A DNA stretch of 63,995 nt, filler included, from Candidatus Babelota bacterium (GTDB lineage: Bacteria; JAGOBX01): the NCBI GenBank assembly GCA_017999075.1. It is 11 parts of 11 records of this genome, joined end to end, with 100 filler letters (N's around TTAATTAATTAA, not from the genome) between each part and the next. Parts side by side here need not be neighbours in the genome. Positions count along the whole stretch, not along the records: positions 47,080 to 51,353 come from JAGOBX010000369.1; positions 51,454 to 55,704 come from JAGOBX010000370.1; positions 55,805 to 60,033 come from JAGOBX010000372.1; positions 60,134 to 63,995 come from JAGOBX010000399.1; 7 more parts are not named here. One strand, 5' to 3'. Under the pieces are notes generated by a model, which made no database searches, was not told the origin of the DNA, and was given only the letters and a program-made list of their open reading frames with translations. Positions 49,359 to 61,046 of the stretch are shown here, piece by piece. The first letter of the stretch is position 1, and every line of letters starts with the position of its first letter. The translations under genes and the position numbers were made by a program.

Positions 49359-50507
49359 TTGAAAGTTTTTGGTCCATCGCCGTCTAACAGGCAGCCGGCA
49401 TTTAAAAAAAGTTATCAATATATAATAATTATAGCATTAAGCGTTATTATTCTTTCGATTTTTTTTATAAATATTTTTTCAAGCGGAAAACCTGCCAATC
49501 AGCCTGCTGATTCTATAAATGATATAAAGAAATATGAAGAACGTATAGCTGAAAAATGGGTAGATATAGAAGCTTTGCTGTTTTGCGCAAGGCAGTATTA
49601 TATAATAGCTAAAGAAGATGAAATTTACACTGCTTATTTGAATAGCAATCTTAATATTCCTGAAAAATTTTATATTAAAACATTATATAAATTTGAAAAA
49701 TTAGGATATAAAAATCTTGCTTTGCTTCAGGATAAGTATGAAAATAAAAGTCCGGATTTACGAAATTCTTTTTTAAAAGCTTTAAGTTATATAGATGAAA
49801 ACCTGTATCATAAATCATTGAATTATTATAGAAAAGTCGAAGCATTATCAAAAAATCTGCTTACGGCTAAGGATTATTATTATATAGGAATGATTTATTA
49901 CAAAAAAAAAGAATTTTTTGCAAATGCTGCAATAGATTATTTTAATATTGCAATAAATAAAGGACTTGATGATTCTGAAATATATTTGTCGTTGGGTAAT
50001 GCGTATTTTATGCTGAATTTATTCGATGATGCTTTAAAATATTATAAAAAAGCAGATAAACTTTCTGGATATAATCCTGTAATAAAATATAATATTGCTT
50101 GGACTTTATTCAATAATAAAAATTATAAAGAAAGTCTTGAAACATCAGAAAATGCCGCAGCAAAAATAAAAATTGTATTGGACAAGAATAAACCTGAAAA
50201 TTTTGTAATTGAAGATAAACAGATAATAAATAACACGGTTCCGACAATGACTCCGCAAATGTTAGCTAAATTTCATTACATTTCAGGATTGAATTATATA
50301 AAAATGAATGATTTTATAAAAGCGCTCGATAGTTTTAAAAATGCGGAATTATATATAAAAAATGACGATACTATTTATGAACATATAGGAACAATATATT
50401 ACAATTTAAAAAATTATGAACTTGCTTCAATTAATTTTAAAATTTCTTTAAATATAAATCCTGAAAATTCGAAATCTTCTGAATTATTAAGTAAATTAAA
50501 AAAATGA
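49359..50507 (+). CDS. Membrane-anchored tetratricopeptide repeat protein
   Basis: N-terminal TM; TPR units IYLSLGNAYF...ALKYYKKA and IYEHIGTIYY...INPEN. Confidence 0.8.
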   Translation: MKVFGPSPSNRQPAFKKSYQYIIIIALSVIILSIFFINIFSSGKPANQPADSINDIKKYEERIAEKWVDIEALLFCARQYYIIAKEDEIYTAYLNSNLNIPEKFYIKTLYKFEKLGYKNLALLQDKYENKSPDLRNSFLKALSYIDENLYHKSLNYYRKVEALSKNLLTAKDYYYIGMIYYKKKEFFANAAIDYFNIAINKGLDDSEIYLSLGNAYFMLNLFDDALKYYKKADKLSGYNPVIKYNIAWTLFNNKNYKESLETSENAAAKIKIVLDKNKPENFVIEDKQIINNTVPTMTPQMLAKFHYISGLNYIKMNDFIKALDSFKNAELYIKNDDTIYEHIGTIYYNLKNYELASINFKISLNINPENSKSSELLSKLKK

Positions 50508-51353
50508 AAAATTTGGATTATTCTATTTTGTTGAAAATACAGAAACCCGGCAGATATTTTGATAATGAAATAAATGCTTCTGTAAAAAAATTTCAGAAGG
50601 CAAAATTTAATATTGCTTTATGTTATCCTGATGCTTATGAAATAGGGATGTCCAATACAGGAATTATTTTATTGTATAGATTATTAAATTCTCTGGATTG
50701 GGTGAACTGTGAACGTGTTTTTTCTCCATTCCCTGATTTTGAAGAAATTTTATTTAAAAAAAACATAAAATTATTCAGTTTGGAAACTAAACATCCAATC
50801 GTTGAGTTTGATGCATTGGGATTCAGCTATCAATATGAAACTGCTGCTACGAATATGTTAAATGTGCTTAAATTGAGCGGTATACCTTTGAAATCAAAAG
50901 ATAGAAAAAATACTGATCCTGTAATAATATGCGGCGGACCATGTACGGTAAATCCATTGCCTATATCGGAATTCATTGATGTGTTTGTAATAGGGGATGG
51001 TGAAAATGTTGTATTGAAAATAGCTGAAATTTTCCTTGACAATAAAAATAGGAACGACAGAATTTCAGCAATATCAAAGCTGGAATCTGTGTATTGTCCG
51101 GCAGTTCATAATATAGAAAAAAATAATATTAAACGGGCAGTTGTTTATGATTATTCTAAATATCTTAAATATTACGAACCGTTTATTACTAATATGGATA
51201 TAATTCAAAACAGAGTTAATATTGAAATTATGCGCGGGTGTGTAAGAGGTTGCAGATTTTGTCTTGCAGGATATATTAACAGACCGGTTAGAACTGTTGA
51301 TTCTGATGAAATAATGAATACTGCCTGCGGGATTATATCAAAAAAAGGGATTA
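50504..51353 (+). CDS. B12-binding radical SAM protein (TIGR03960-like), 3'-truncated
   Basis: KPGRY, YPDAYEIGMSN.G, ERVF.P..D, GGP...NP.P, IGDGE, EIMRGCVRGCRFC. Confidence 0.92.
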
Positions 51354-51453
51354 NNNNNNNNNNNNNNNNNNNNNNNNNNNNNNNNNNNNNNNNNNNNTTA
51401 ATTAATTAANNNNNNNNNNNNNNNNNNNNNNNNNNNNNNNNNNNNNNNNNNNN
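51354..51453. other. Artificial contig linker
   Basis: N44-TTAATTAATTAA-N44. Confidence 0.99.
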
Positions 51454-51829
51454 CAATAGCATTAAAACAATAATTTTTGTTACTTCAAATAAGTCTCCTG
51501 AAAAATTTGAGATTGATGATAAAACCAAAAAATTGATAAGGTTTATGCGCAATAACGATATTAATCTTGAAATTGTTAATTTTCATAAAGATTTATTTAA
51601 TGCGGGATTTGAAGCGGCGCAATATTTTAATAACAGATATGAACAGTTTCCAGATGTTTCAGCAGATAAAATTTTAGAGAATATAGAATATTACAAGCCG
51701 TCAAATTATACGGTTTTTTATAAGACAAGGTTAAGTAAAATCCCCGCATATACATGGATTAACCAGTTTTTGTTTTTAAAATATCAAAACAATATTTCTG
51801 AAACAAGAAGCGGTTTTTTCATACCGTGA
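51454..51829 (+). CDS. C-terminal fragment of an unknown protein
   Basis: Frame open from the contig edge (51455) to TGA at 51829. Confidence 0.5.
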
Positions 51830-51859
51830 TTTTAAAAATATGTTAAAAAAATATATTAA

Positions 51860-54133
51860 ATGAAATTTTTATTACGATATGTTTTAATTGGAATATTTTT
51901 ATTTAAATTAACCGGATGCGGGAAAAATGAAGAAGCTGTTGCCGATTTATCGGCGGCTGTAACTATAAGCGGTACTGTGCAATTAACAGGTAATGCGACG
52001 CCGATGCTTAAAAGTTTTGGAGAAAAAATTCATTATTCCGGCCAAATTATTAATTTTGCTACAATTGTAGTTGTTGCCAATAACCAAAGATATTCTACAG
52101 AAACAGATCACCTTGGCAGATTTAGCCTTACTGTTTTTTCTTCAGAACCGAGTAAAATTTTTTATATTTATGTTTATCGGGGAACTCAATATTTCGAGAA
52201 AATAATAAAAACAGGGCAAAATGTTTCTAACATTCAAGTAAACATAGACGATAATGATTTATTCACTTCAGTTATAAAAAACGCTTATAAAGAATATTTT
52301 GATTTACCTGAAGATTTTATTTACGGATTCAATGACACTGGGTTGGCTGCATCTAATTTTTATAAATATTTTTATGATAATTATCAGAATATTTTGAATG
52401 GTTATACGGATTTTAAAAATTCACAAAAATTTTGTACTGCGAAATTGTTTTTGATAGAATCTGATAATTATGTGGTGTGGACATCCCCTTCCCCGTTTAT
52501 AGGGAATTTTTTTGATGGAACGAAAACTTCAATTTCAATATGTTTTTCAAATTCTATGCGAACAGATATTGATTGGAAAACATGGCTTAGCATAACTCCT
52601 GATACAATTATAAACCAGGATAATCCTCCTGATTTAATCTGGAACGATAAAAAAAATAAAGTTACGCTGATATTAAATGAACTTGATTATTTTCCGGCTA
52701 ATTCAGATATAACGGTAAATGTTGATTCATATTTGCTGAATGTTAACAACCAGCCTGTAGAACCTTATAAATGGACATTTAAAACAGGGTCTGAAAACAT
52801 TGTGAATTGCAGAAATTATTTTTGTTTTCCTGATAATTCGAAATATGTTTTTTTTACGCCTATGGATTTGGTACCATGGAAAAAATATTACGGATTATAT
52901 GAAATTACTGACAGCGGAGTTTCTACTGAAGGTAAAACTGTTTCAATGTACTGCGATGTGGATAATAATATAGAATTTTTGCTTAAAACAGACGGATTGT
53001 ATATAACAAGATTTTTTAATGACGGAATAAAAATATTATTTCCGTCTCCTGTGAAATTATTGTCATATTCATCCAGGATTAATGAAAAATTTATTACGAA
53101 TTATTCAAATTATACTTATGAATCAAAATTAATTTCATTGAGTGATAAATTGCAGAATATTGAGAAATTCGGAAATACGCTTACTGTAGAATTAAAATTA
53201 CCTGCTTCGATTTCTGGAGATATAAGTTTCATTTATTTTTATTTTTCCGAGTTTAATGGGTTGACAATGTTTTCGGTTCCTGGCTCACAGAATAGATTTG
53301 TTCAAAAAATATTATCTTCGCCAAAATATATTTTTCCTTATCAAAATGCTGTACTGAACAAAAATTCGTTGAAATTTGTTTTTGAAAAAGGAAATTACTG
53401 CGAATTAGGCAGACTTCAGATCGCTACGGATACTGCATTTGATTATTACAGTTTGAAATATGATACTTGGGTTATTGAAGGAAAGATTAATGTGAGTTTG
53501 CCGTTATTAAGTTCTGACAGTGATTACTATTACAGAATGGCTTCAGTATATCATCCTACTCAACAGAATATTAAATCTGAATGGAGTGAAGTCAGACATT
53601 TCAGATTAACAGATAATGATGGAATCAATATCATTACTACCCCCCCTCCGATTGGGTTTAAAGGATATTCTTATAAATATTCTATGAGTTCCGATAATAC
53701 GGCTAACATATTGTATACTTTATCTAAATTTCCTGCAGGAATGAAAATCAATTCGGAAAACGGATATATAACTTGGAATATACCTGAATATGTTGATTCT
53801 GATTCATACTGCGCTGAATTTATTTGCGCTAATTATGATAAAGGAACATATATTAAACAGCTTTTAAGTATAAAAATTTTAGACGGAAAACTTATAGGTA
53901 TATGGCAGAATATGAATTATTCATTATATTTATACAGTGACTGTTCATTCAGGTTTGATGAACCTGCATCTGATGAAATAACAGGAAATTTTGATGTTTC
54001 CGGCGATACCATAATTTTGAATAACAATTCAAATACGAAATTATTGACTGATTACAGATTTTCAGATACCAAATTAATTTTTAATTATAACGGCAATACA
54101 TTAACTTTATCAAAAAACGGAGAATTATATTAG
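51860..54133 (+). CDS. Multi-domain lipoprotein with Ig-like domains
   Basis: Lipobox LTGC; Big_5-like segment (ISICFSNSM...YKWTFKTG), FN3-like YYYRM...SEWSEV..F, He_PIG-like PAGMKINSENGYITW. Confidence 0.7.
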   Translation: MKFLLRYVLIGIFLFKLTGCGKNEEAVADLSAAVTISGTVQLTGNATPMLKSFGEKIHYSGQIINFATIVVVANNQRYSTETDHLGRFSLTVFSSEPSKIFYIYVYRGTQYFEKIIKTGQNVSNIQVNIDDNDLFTSVIKNAYKEYFDLPEDFIYGFNDTGLAASNFYKYFYDNYQNILNGYTDFKNSQKFCTAKLFLIESDNYVVWTSPSPFIGNFFDGTKTSISICFSNSMRTDIDWKTWLSITPDTIINQDNPPDLIWNDKKNKVTLILNELDYFPANSDITVNVDSYLLNVNNQPVEPYKWTFKTGSENIVNCRNYFCFPDNSKYVFFTPMDLVPWKKYYGLYEITDSGVSTEGKTVSMYCDVDNNIEFLLKTDGLYITRFFNDGIKILFPSPVKLLSYSSRINEKFITNYSNYTYESKLISLSDKLQNIEKFGNTLTVELKLPASISGDISFIYFYFSEFNGLTMFSVPGSQNRFVQKILSSPKYIFPYQNAVLNKNSLKFVFEKGNYCELGRLQIATDTAFDYYSLKYDTWVIEGKINVSLPLLSSDSDYYYRMASVYHPTQQNIKSEWSEVRHFRLTDNDGINIITTPPPIGFKGYSYKYSMSSDNTANILYTLSKFPAGMKINSENGYITWNIPEYVDSDSYCAEFICANYDKGTYIKQLLSIKILDGKLIGIWQNMNYSLYLYSDCSFRFDEPASDEITGNFDVSGDTIILNNNSNTKLLTDYRFSDTKLIFNYNGNTLTLSKNGELY

Positions 54134-54145
54134 CTGTTTGTAAAA

Positions 54146-55704
54146 ATGATTATAAAAGTAAAATATCTAATTCGTCATAATACTGACGCTGATTATATTA
54201 GTATGAAAAAAAATGTATTATTTTTTCTTTTTTTAACAATATTTTGTTTTATTTTAACCGATGAAATTTTTGCAGAATATGTATGGACTCAATATAACAA
54301 CAGTACAGGATACAATATTAACTCTATTAAGTTTAATGAAAGTTTTGGAGTGATGGTTGGAGATAACGGAATAATAAAAACATCATCAAATGATGGATTG
54401 ACGTGGATAAATCAGAATTCCGGATGTGAAGAAAGACTGAATGATGTATTTATTGAAAACAATAATCTGATAGTTGCTGTTGGGAGCAATAGAAGAGTTT
54501 TAATATCTCAGGACAGCGGTGTAACCTGGATAAACCGTCCTCCTGTTAACGTTTCAGGCACCACTGAATTTTATTCGGTTTCAGTGAATAATTCGGTTAT
54601 ATGGATTACAGGTTCTTCAAGTTTGATTTTTAAAAGTTCTGATTTTGGTCAAACCTGGGAAAAACAATATGAAGGTTCGCGGGATATTAAATTTATAAAA
54701 ATTTTTTCATCCGGCAATCACGGAGTTTCAATAGGAGAAAATATTTTACTTACAACTTCAGACGGAGGCAGTAACTGGCTTCCTGTAATACCTATTACAG
54801 GAACGTTGAATTTTACGACAGGATTTTGTTTGAATGATTACTTATGGTTTGGAATAACAAATAACGGAGACGGAACATACAGTCTTTATCAGACATTTGA
54901 AGGACCATCCCGTTGGATTTTTCTTTATAAATTCGATTTTGCTGTTAAATCCATAACTTTCATAAATTACTATTCCGGATTTGCTGTAGGCGAAAACGGC
55001 AATATTTATTATACACAGGATAATCCGTCAATCTGGCAGAAAATTGATATTGACACATCTATAACGGTAAATTTGAATTCAGTCAGTTTTACAGATTCCG
55101 GAGAAACAATCTGGGTATCTGGAAATAACGGATATTATTATAAACGTTTTTATGAATATGGAGAACTCGAACCTCAGACTCAGGAAATTATTGCTGACGC
55201 CGGCGGAAAATATTTTGTTTTAAAAAATGATACGGTTCAATTGACTTCTGAAAAAACAATAGCGAGAAATAAGAATTTTTTAAGGTATTCATGGAGTGCG
55301 GAAGATGCAGATGTGATTTTGTCCGATCAGGATAAAATATTATGTAACTTTGAATCTGGAACATCAGGGAAATATCGTATTAAATTAAAAGTTGACGATT
55401 ATCGCGGACATTTCGGGGAAGATTATGCTGAAATATATGTTGTTGATACATATTCTCAGATTTCTTCACCATTTTCGGAAATATCGGTTACTGGAAATAA
55501 TACGGGATTGATGCTTAACGATTATGTGCACACTATTGATTTAAAACTTGAAAGTGTTACGTCTGTTTATAATGCTTCGTTATATTTTGATTTGAAAAAT
55601 TTCAGAAGTGTTCCTCATTTATTTATTGCAAATAAGATAGAACCATCGTTTTTTAACGAAGTTCGTCCGAATATATCATTATTTGACGATCTGTCATATA
55701 CAGC
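54146..55704 (+). CDS. Exported YCF48/BNR-repeat beta-propeller protein with PKD-like domain, 3'-truncated
   Basis: Asp-box repeats SNDGLTW, SQDSGVTW, SSDFGQTW, TSDGGSNW; IADAGG...YSW...LKVDDYRG. Likely start at MKKNVLFF. Confidence 0.8.
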
Positions 55705-55804
55705 NNNNNNNNNNNNNNNNNNNNNNNNNNNNNNNNNNNNNNNNNNNNTTAATTAATTAANNNNNNNNNNNNNNNNNNNNNNNNNNNNNNNNNNNNNNNN
55801 NNNN
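55705..55804. other. Artificial contig linker
   Basis: N44-TTAATTAATTAA-N44. Confidence 0.99.
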
Positions 55805-55869
55805 ATTTAATATCCTGAATAAAAAATATGTTAAACCCAAAAAAACACCATGTATTTTTTATTAATATG

Positions 55870-57252
55870 TCAACTATTTTTACTTGACATTATTTTTTTT
55901 GATAATTTTTCTGATACGGCCCATATATTTCCTGCTCCAAGAGTCAATACAATATCTCCGGGCTTTAAAATCGAAAATGTGAAGTCAATTATTTCATCAA
56001 ATGTTTTTTTATATATTACCGTATTATTACCGTTCTTTTTTATAGAATTAATTATCAGTTCTGAGGATACCCCTGGAATAGGTTCTTCAGAAGCTGCATA
56101 AATATCGGTAACTATTATTATATCAGCGTCTTTAAAGGATTTGCCGAATTCTTCTGCAAGAAGCTGTGTGCGTGTATATCTGTGCGGCTGAAAAACGGCA
56201 ATAATACGTCGTTTCCAGTTTGATCTTGCTGCTGATAATGTTGCAGCTATTTCAGTGGGATGATGACCATAATCATCTACTATCAGCATATCATTAGCAT
56301 CGCTTTTTATTTGAAATCTTCGCTGAACGCCCCTGAATTCAGCAAGAGTATCAGCAATTATTTTGAAATCAATTCCAAGTTCAAGTGTCACAGCTATAGC
56401 TGCAAGAGAATTTAAAACATTATGCATTCCAGGGACCACAAGTTTTATATTACCAATATTTTTATTTTTGAAAACAACATCGAATTTTGATGATAACCCG
56501 TCTGATTTATAATTTTTTATTGAAAATTCTGCGTCTTTAGATAGACCATAAGTTGTATGTCTTACTGAAATTTTAGGTAAAATATCTCTTATGTTCATAT
56601 CATCTATGCATACTGCGCACAATCCGTAAAATGGAAGTTTCTCTATAAAAGTCAAAAATGTGTTTTTTAATATATCAAGTGTTCCGTAATGATCAAGATG
56701 GTCAGAATCTATATTGGTTACTATGCTGTATTGGGGAAAAAGTTTTAAAAAAGAACCATCGCTTTCATCTGCTTCAGCTACAAGATAATTTCCCTTGCCA
56801 AGTTTGGCTCCGGAACCTATATTATTAAGTTTTCCGCCTATTACAATAGTCGGATCAAACCCTGCATTTGCAAGTATTAATGATACAATAGAAGTTGTGG
56901 TGGTTTTCCCGTGAGTTCCTGCAATCGCGACTCCTATTTTTAAACGCATAAGTTCTGCCAGCATTTCTGCGCGCCGGATAACAGGAATTTTTTTTTCTTT
57001 TGCTGATAAAAGTTCGGGATTTGACTGGCTGACAGCACTTGACCATATAATAACATCCGCACCTGAAATATTTTCAGCTTTATGTCCCGTAAATATTTTG
57101 GCTCCCTGTTTTTCAAGGCGTTTTGTATAATCTGAAGATTTAATATCTGAACCAGTCACTTTAAATCCGAGGTTTAATAATACTTCGGCGATACCGCACA
57201 TTCCTACTCCGCCGATTCCGATAAAATGAAAGTTTCTGAATCTACCGAACAT
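55870..57252 (-). CDS. murC: UDP-N-acetylmuramate--L-alanine ligase
   Basis: HFIGIGGVGM, GTHGKTTTT, EADESDGSF, DDYGHHPTE, FQPHRYTRT. ATG at 57252 preferred over the track GTG at 57264. Confidence 0.97.
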   Translation of the reverse strand: MFGRFRNFHFIGIGGVGMCGIAEVLLNLGFKVTGSDIKSSDYTKRLEKQGAKIFTGHKAENISGADVIIWSSAVSQSNPELLSAKEKKIPVIRRAEMLAELMRLKIGVAIAGTHGKTTTTSIVSLILANAGFDPTIVIGGKLNNIGSGAKLGKGNYLVAEADESDGSFLKLFPQYSIVTNIDSDHLDHYGTLDILKNTFLTFIEKLPFYGLCAVCIDDMNIRDILPKISVRHTTYGLSKDAEFSIKNYKSDGLSSKFDVVFKNKNIGNIKLVVPGMHNVLNSLAAIAVTLELGIDFKIIADTLAEFRGVQRRFQIKSDANDMLIVDDYGHHPTEIAATLSAARSNWKRRIIAVFQPHRYTRTQLLAEEFGKSFKDADIIIVTDIYAASEEPIPGVSSELIINSIKKNGNNTVIYKKTFDEIIDFTFSILKPGDIVLTLGAGNIWAVSEKLSKKIMSSKNS

Positions 57253-58369
57253 TTTTTTGTTCACCTGCTATATTTCTATTAGTCTGACTCGAAATATTCA
57301 GCAATATACCCATGCTGAACATAAATACTATAAGGGATGACCCACCATAACTTAAAAATGGAAGAGTTATTCCTGTTGTCGGCAAAATGCCTGTAACTAC
57401 TCCTATATTAATTGTAACGTGCATAGCTAACATCAAAGTTATCCCAATAGCTATAAATTTTAAATATTGACTATTTATGTTAAGTACAACTTTTATTCCT
57501 CTGTATATTAAAGCCAAGTAAAAAAATAATAAAAATATAATACCGGCAAACCCTAATTCTTCGCACATAATAGCAAAAATAAAATCAGTATGCGATTCCG
57601 GCAATCCTGCTATTTTAACTTCGCTGTTGCTTAATCCTTTCCCAAGAAATCCGCCTGTACATATTGCAAGTTTTGATCGTGTAATATGATATCCCTTACT
57701 CAAAGGATCAGCTTCAATGTTAAGCCATGCTTTTATTCTGTTTAATTTATACGGAGAATGAATTACTATTGCCGATGCAATCAATATCCCCACTAAAAAT
57801 AATCCTAAAAGATACCTTATTTTAACTCCGCCTATAAATAATATCGTAAGACTTAAAGTTCCGATGATTAAGGATGTGCTGAAATCCGGTTCTTTTACTA
57901 TTAAGCCAAGCAATACTGCGATTATCAGCATAGGCGGCAAAAAACCTTTAGAAAAAGAATCCATATCATTTCTGTTTCTATCAATATAATTTGCTATAAA
58001 AAAAATTAAAAATACTTTTACAAATTCTGAAGGCTGTATCTTTATAAAACCGATTTTTATCCATCGCGCAGCTCCGCCAGCTCTGTTTCCTATACCAGGA
58101 ATCAAAACTAAAATCAATAAAATAAATATAACTAAAAGCCCTATTCCTATATATTTTCTGGTAGATTCGATGTTTATTGAATTTCCTAAAAATAGCAAAA
58201 CTAATCCTATCAACCCGAAAATCAAATGTTTTACTGCGAAATATCCCGGATATGCGTCAAGATGTTTATAAGCATAATATCCGCTTGCGCTATAAATCAT
58301 TATTATTCCAAATACATAGAAAAATATGACATACATCAAAATTAAATGGTCAAAATCTTTTGTTTTCAT
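57242..58369 (-). CDS. ftsW: Cell division protein FtsW (SEDS family)
   Basis: MIYSAS, GAARWI, QPSEFVK, EPDF, LPESHTDFIFAI..EELG, GITLPFLSYGGSS; between murD and murC. Confidence 0.95.
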   Translation of the reverse strand: MKTKDFDHLILMYVIFFYVFGIIMIYSASGYYAYKHLDAYPGYFAVKHLIFGLIGLVLLFLGNSINIESTRKYIGIGLLVIFILLILVLIPGIGNRAGGAARWIKIGFIKIQPSEFVKVFLIFFIANYIDRNRNDMDSFSKGFLPPMLIIAVLLGLIVKEPDFSTSLIIGTLSLTILFIGGVKIRYLLGLFLVGILIASAIVIHSPYKLNRIKAWLNIEADPLSKGYHITRSKLAICTGGFLGKGLSNSEVKIAGLPESHTDFIFAIMCEELGFAGIIFLLFFYLALIYRGIKVVLNINSQYLKFIAIGITLMLAMHVTINIGVVTGILPTTGITLPFLSYGGSSLIVFMFSMGILLNISSQTNRNIAGEQKNVR

Positions 58370-59715
58370 TTTTTCAGTTTTTTTACTGTTTCCTTGAAAA
58401 ATTTTCCGCGTTCTTCAAAATTTAAAAACCTGTCATAACTTGAGCAAGCCGGAGATAATAAAATCGCATCACCTGATTCAGCATTTTCAAATGCCCGGCT
58501 TACAGCTTTTTCAAAATCGGGTTCGATTATAGTAAGTTCAGGCATATTTATTTGTGAATTTATTTTATCAGCAGCTTCACCAGTTAAAATAAATTTTTTA
58601 ACTTTTCTTTTAATCAAATCCTTTAACATCTTATAATCCGAATTTTTATCTCTGCCGCCTGCTATTAAAATGATTTTACAATCAAATGCTTCAAGAGACT
58701 TGATTACAGAATCTACACTTGTTGCCTTTGAATCATTATAAAATTTTATTCCGTCAATTTCTCTGACAAATTCTATCCTGTGTTCAACTCCTTCAAAAAT
58801 TTTTAAAGCATCCCTCAGTTTATCTATTTTGACACCGAATTGCAACGCAGCTCCTGAAGCAGCCATAACATTTTCGTAATTATGAACTCCAAAAATTTTA
58901 AGTTCGCTGGTTTTTATTATATGCGTCAGATTTCCATCTTTATTCAATACGATATTATTGCCTGACAAAAAAAATCCATTGTTGCAATTAAAAAATATTT
59001 TATTAATTCCGATATCAGCTGATATTTCTAATACAGTTTCATCATTATAATTTAATACTGTATAATCATCTTTTTTTTGATTCTTGAAAATATTTTTTTT
59101 ACTTAATATATATTCTCTAAAATTTGAATATCTGTCAAGGTGGTTCGGTGTTATATTGGTTACAACACTTATATATGGTTTAAATTTGTCTGTAGTATCT
59201 ATTTGAAAACTGCTTATTTCCAAAATTATACAATCATAACTTTCATTTTCTAAAACAGCTTTGCTGAATGGATATCCTATATTTCCGCAAATTAAAACTT
59301 TGTAGCCTGCAGTTTCAAGAATTTTTCCGATTAACGAAGTAGTGGTCGTCTTTCCGTTTGAACCTGTTACAGCTATTACAGGTTTATCAGTAAATCTGTA
59401 TGCAGTTTCCACTTCCCCTATCACATACATTTTTTTTTCCCGTATTTTTTTCATTATATCAGCAGTTTCAGGAATTCCAGGACTTACTACAATTAAATCA
59501 GAGTCCAGTATTTTATTTATGTTATGCGAACCAGCTTCATAATTTATTTCGTTTTGATCAAGGATTTCTTTAAATTCAGGCAAATTTTTATCGGAAATAT
59601 CACTTAAATAAATACTATTTTCATATTTTTTTAATAAAATTGAGGCAAACACTCCTGATTTACAAATCCCTAAAACACTTATTTTTTTATTTTTAATTTT
59701 TTCCGTATGATTCAT
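58366..59715 (-). CDS. murD: UDP-N-acetylmuramoyl-L-alanine--D-glutamate ligase
   Basis: VSPGIP, TGSNGKTTTT, GNIG, EISSFQ, NHLDRY, NDSKAT, LSPACSSYD.F..FEERG. Confidence 0.97.
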   Translation of the reverse strand: MNHTEKIKNKKISVLGICKSGVFASILLKKYENSIYLSDISDKNLPEFKEILDQNEINYEAGSHNINKILDSDLIVVSPGIPETADIMKKIREKKMYVIGEVETAYRFTDKPVIAVTGSNGKTTTTSLIGKILETAGYKVLICGNIGYPFSKAVLENESYDCIILEISSFQIDTTDKFKPYISVVTNITPNHLDRYSNFREYILSKKNIFKNQKKDDYTVLNYNDETVLEISADIGINKIFFNCNNGFFLSGNNIVLNKDGNLTHIIKTSELKIFGVHNYENVMAASGAALQFGVKIDKLRDALKIFEGVEHRIEFVREIDGIKFYNDSKATSVDSVIKSLEAFDCKIILIAGGRDKNSDYKMLKDLIKRKVKKFILTGEAADKINSQINMPELTIIEPDFEKAVSRAFENAESGDAILLSPACSSYDRFLNFEERGKFFKETVKKLKK

Positions 59716-59760
59716 AATTTTTGAATAAAATCATTTCATAAAATTTCAAAAATAAACCAA

Positions 59761-60033
59761 TTATCTTAGTTTCAATGTGCTTAAACTGAATAATAACAGC
59801 ATTATCGAAATTATCCAAAATCTTATAATTACTTTTGATTCGTTTAATCCGCACATTTCGAAATGGTGATGTATCGGCGCCATTTTAAAAATACGTTTAC
59901 CTTCTCCAAACCTGAATTTGGTGTATTTAAAATAAGAAACCTGCAGTATAACCGATAACGCTTCAGCTACAAATACAGCGCCTGAAAATAATAATAAAAT
60001 CTCGTTTTTTGTTATAATTGATATTAATCCTAC
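59761..60033 (-). CDS. mraY: Phospho-N-acetylmuramoyl-pentapeptide transferase, C-terminal fragment (not in the ORF track)
   Basis: Hand translation: ...[12 protein letters not shown]...[26 protein letters not shown]...LSTLKLR*. Confidence 0.95.
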   Translation of the reverse strand, partial: VGLISIITKNEILLLFSGAVFVAEALSVILQVSYFKYTKFRFGEGKRIFKMAPIHHHFEMCGLNESKVIIRFWIISIMLLLFSLSTLKLR

Positions 60034-60133
60034 NNNNNNNNNNNNNNNNNNNNNNNNNNNNNNNNNNNNNNNNNNNNTTAATTAATTAANNNNNNNNNNN
60101 NNNNNNNNNNNNNNNNNNNNNNNNNNNNNNNNN
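60034..60133. other. Artificial contig linker
   Basis: N44-TTAATTAATTAA-N44. Confidence 0.99.
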
Positions 60134-61046
60134 ATAATGTTTTTTTCATAACCTTATCGTATACCCACGTATATTTCAGTTTAAATCCGCCTGTTTCAGT
60201 TTCAATTATTATTTTTATAATTGAACTGGATGTTTTCAGATATCCGTCTATAAGATCAAAACTTTTTTTCTGTAATTCAGGAATAAACTTAGGCATATCT
60301 GAAATATTTTTTATCGGAAACTTTTTTCTAAATTCAATTATCGACTCTATTTCAAGATTATCCAAAAAGTCAAAACTTGAAAGAACTTCAGCAGAAACAG
60401 TATTAATATTATATAAATTATCTCCATATATGCTTATATAATCATTAAGATTCACCGTATCCTCCAGGTTGCTGTCAAAATATTTTCCGATATGTTTCAT
60501 TAGTTTAAACTCATCCGGAGTGCTGATTTCAGCATTTGGGCAGCTTAACCCTTTTTTGTTTTCCTTATAATATTCCTGTTCTGCTCCTTTGAACATAGGC
60601 TCATTGTCAGAGTCTATCCAGTCTATAATCGTATTACAGTTTTCCGGATCAATATTAAATTTTCTGAATATATTTGAAATCTGTTTTTCTACAAGTGAAT
60701 TTATTTTTCCGTCAGGATAAATTATCAAGTTAGCATTTATCTTGGAATCTTCATCATAAAAATATATATTAACCGAAACACCATCTGCTGAAAATGGAAT
60801 TACAGGACTGTAATTCCAGAAATCTTCCTTCCAGTCATATCCGGAAGTAATATCATTGTCAAATAATTTTTTTAAAACTGTTTCAACATTATTTATTATA
60901 TTTTTCGATTTTATTCTGCTTACCGTTTTTGAAGAGTCTAATATAGCAGATTTTGTAATTTCGTTGTAAAGCAAAAATGAACCAAGTAAAAGCAATGACA
61001 GAACTATAACTAAAATTAAAATAGAACCTTCATTCTTCCTGTTCAT
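60134..61046 (-). CDS. gspK: Type II secretion system protein K (minor pseudopilin), 3'-truncated
   Basis: Prepilin-like G|SILILVI start, DEDSKINAN, IIDWIDSD, GAE..YY, NINT. Confidence 0.85.

Noticed and set aside
55850..56101. 83-aa plus-strand ORF at the end of murC
   Set aside because: Almost entirely antisense to murC with no recognisable features.
4312..60133. TTAATTAATTAA palindrome recurring ten times between N runs
   Set aside because: Identical 100-nt artificial scaffold linkers. ORF tails such as XXXX-LIN and gene adjacencies across them are artefacts. Contig lengths decline steadily (4309, 4301, 4293, 4292, 4279, 4274, 4251, 4229), which indicates sorted concatenation.
15851..61046. 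A single T2SS/T4P locus formed by gspE/F and gspK
   Set aside because: The genes are on different contigs, so linkage cannot be inferred.
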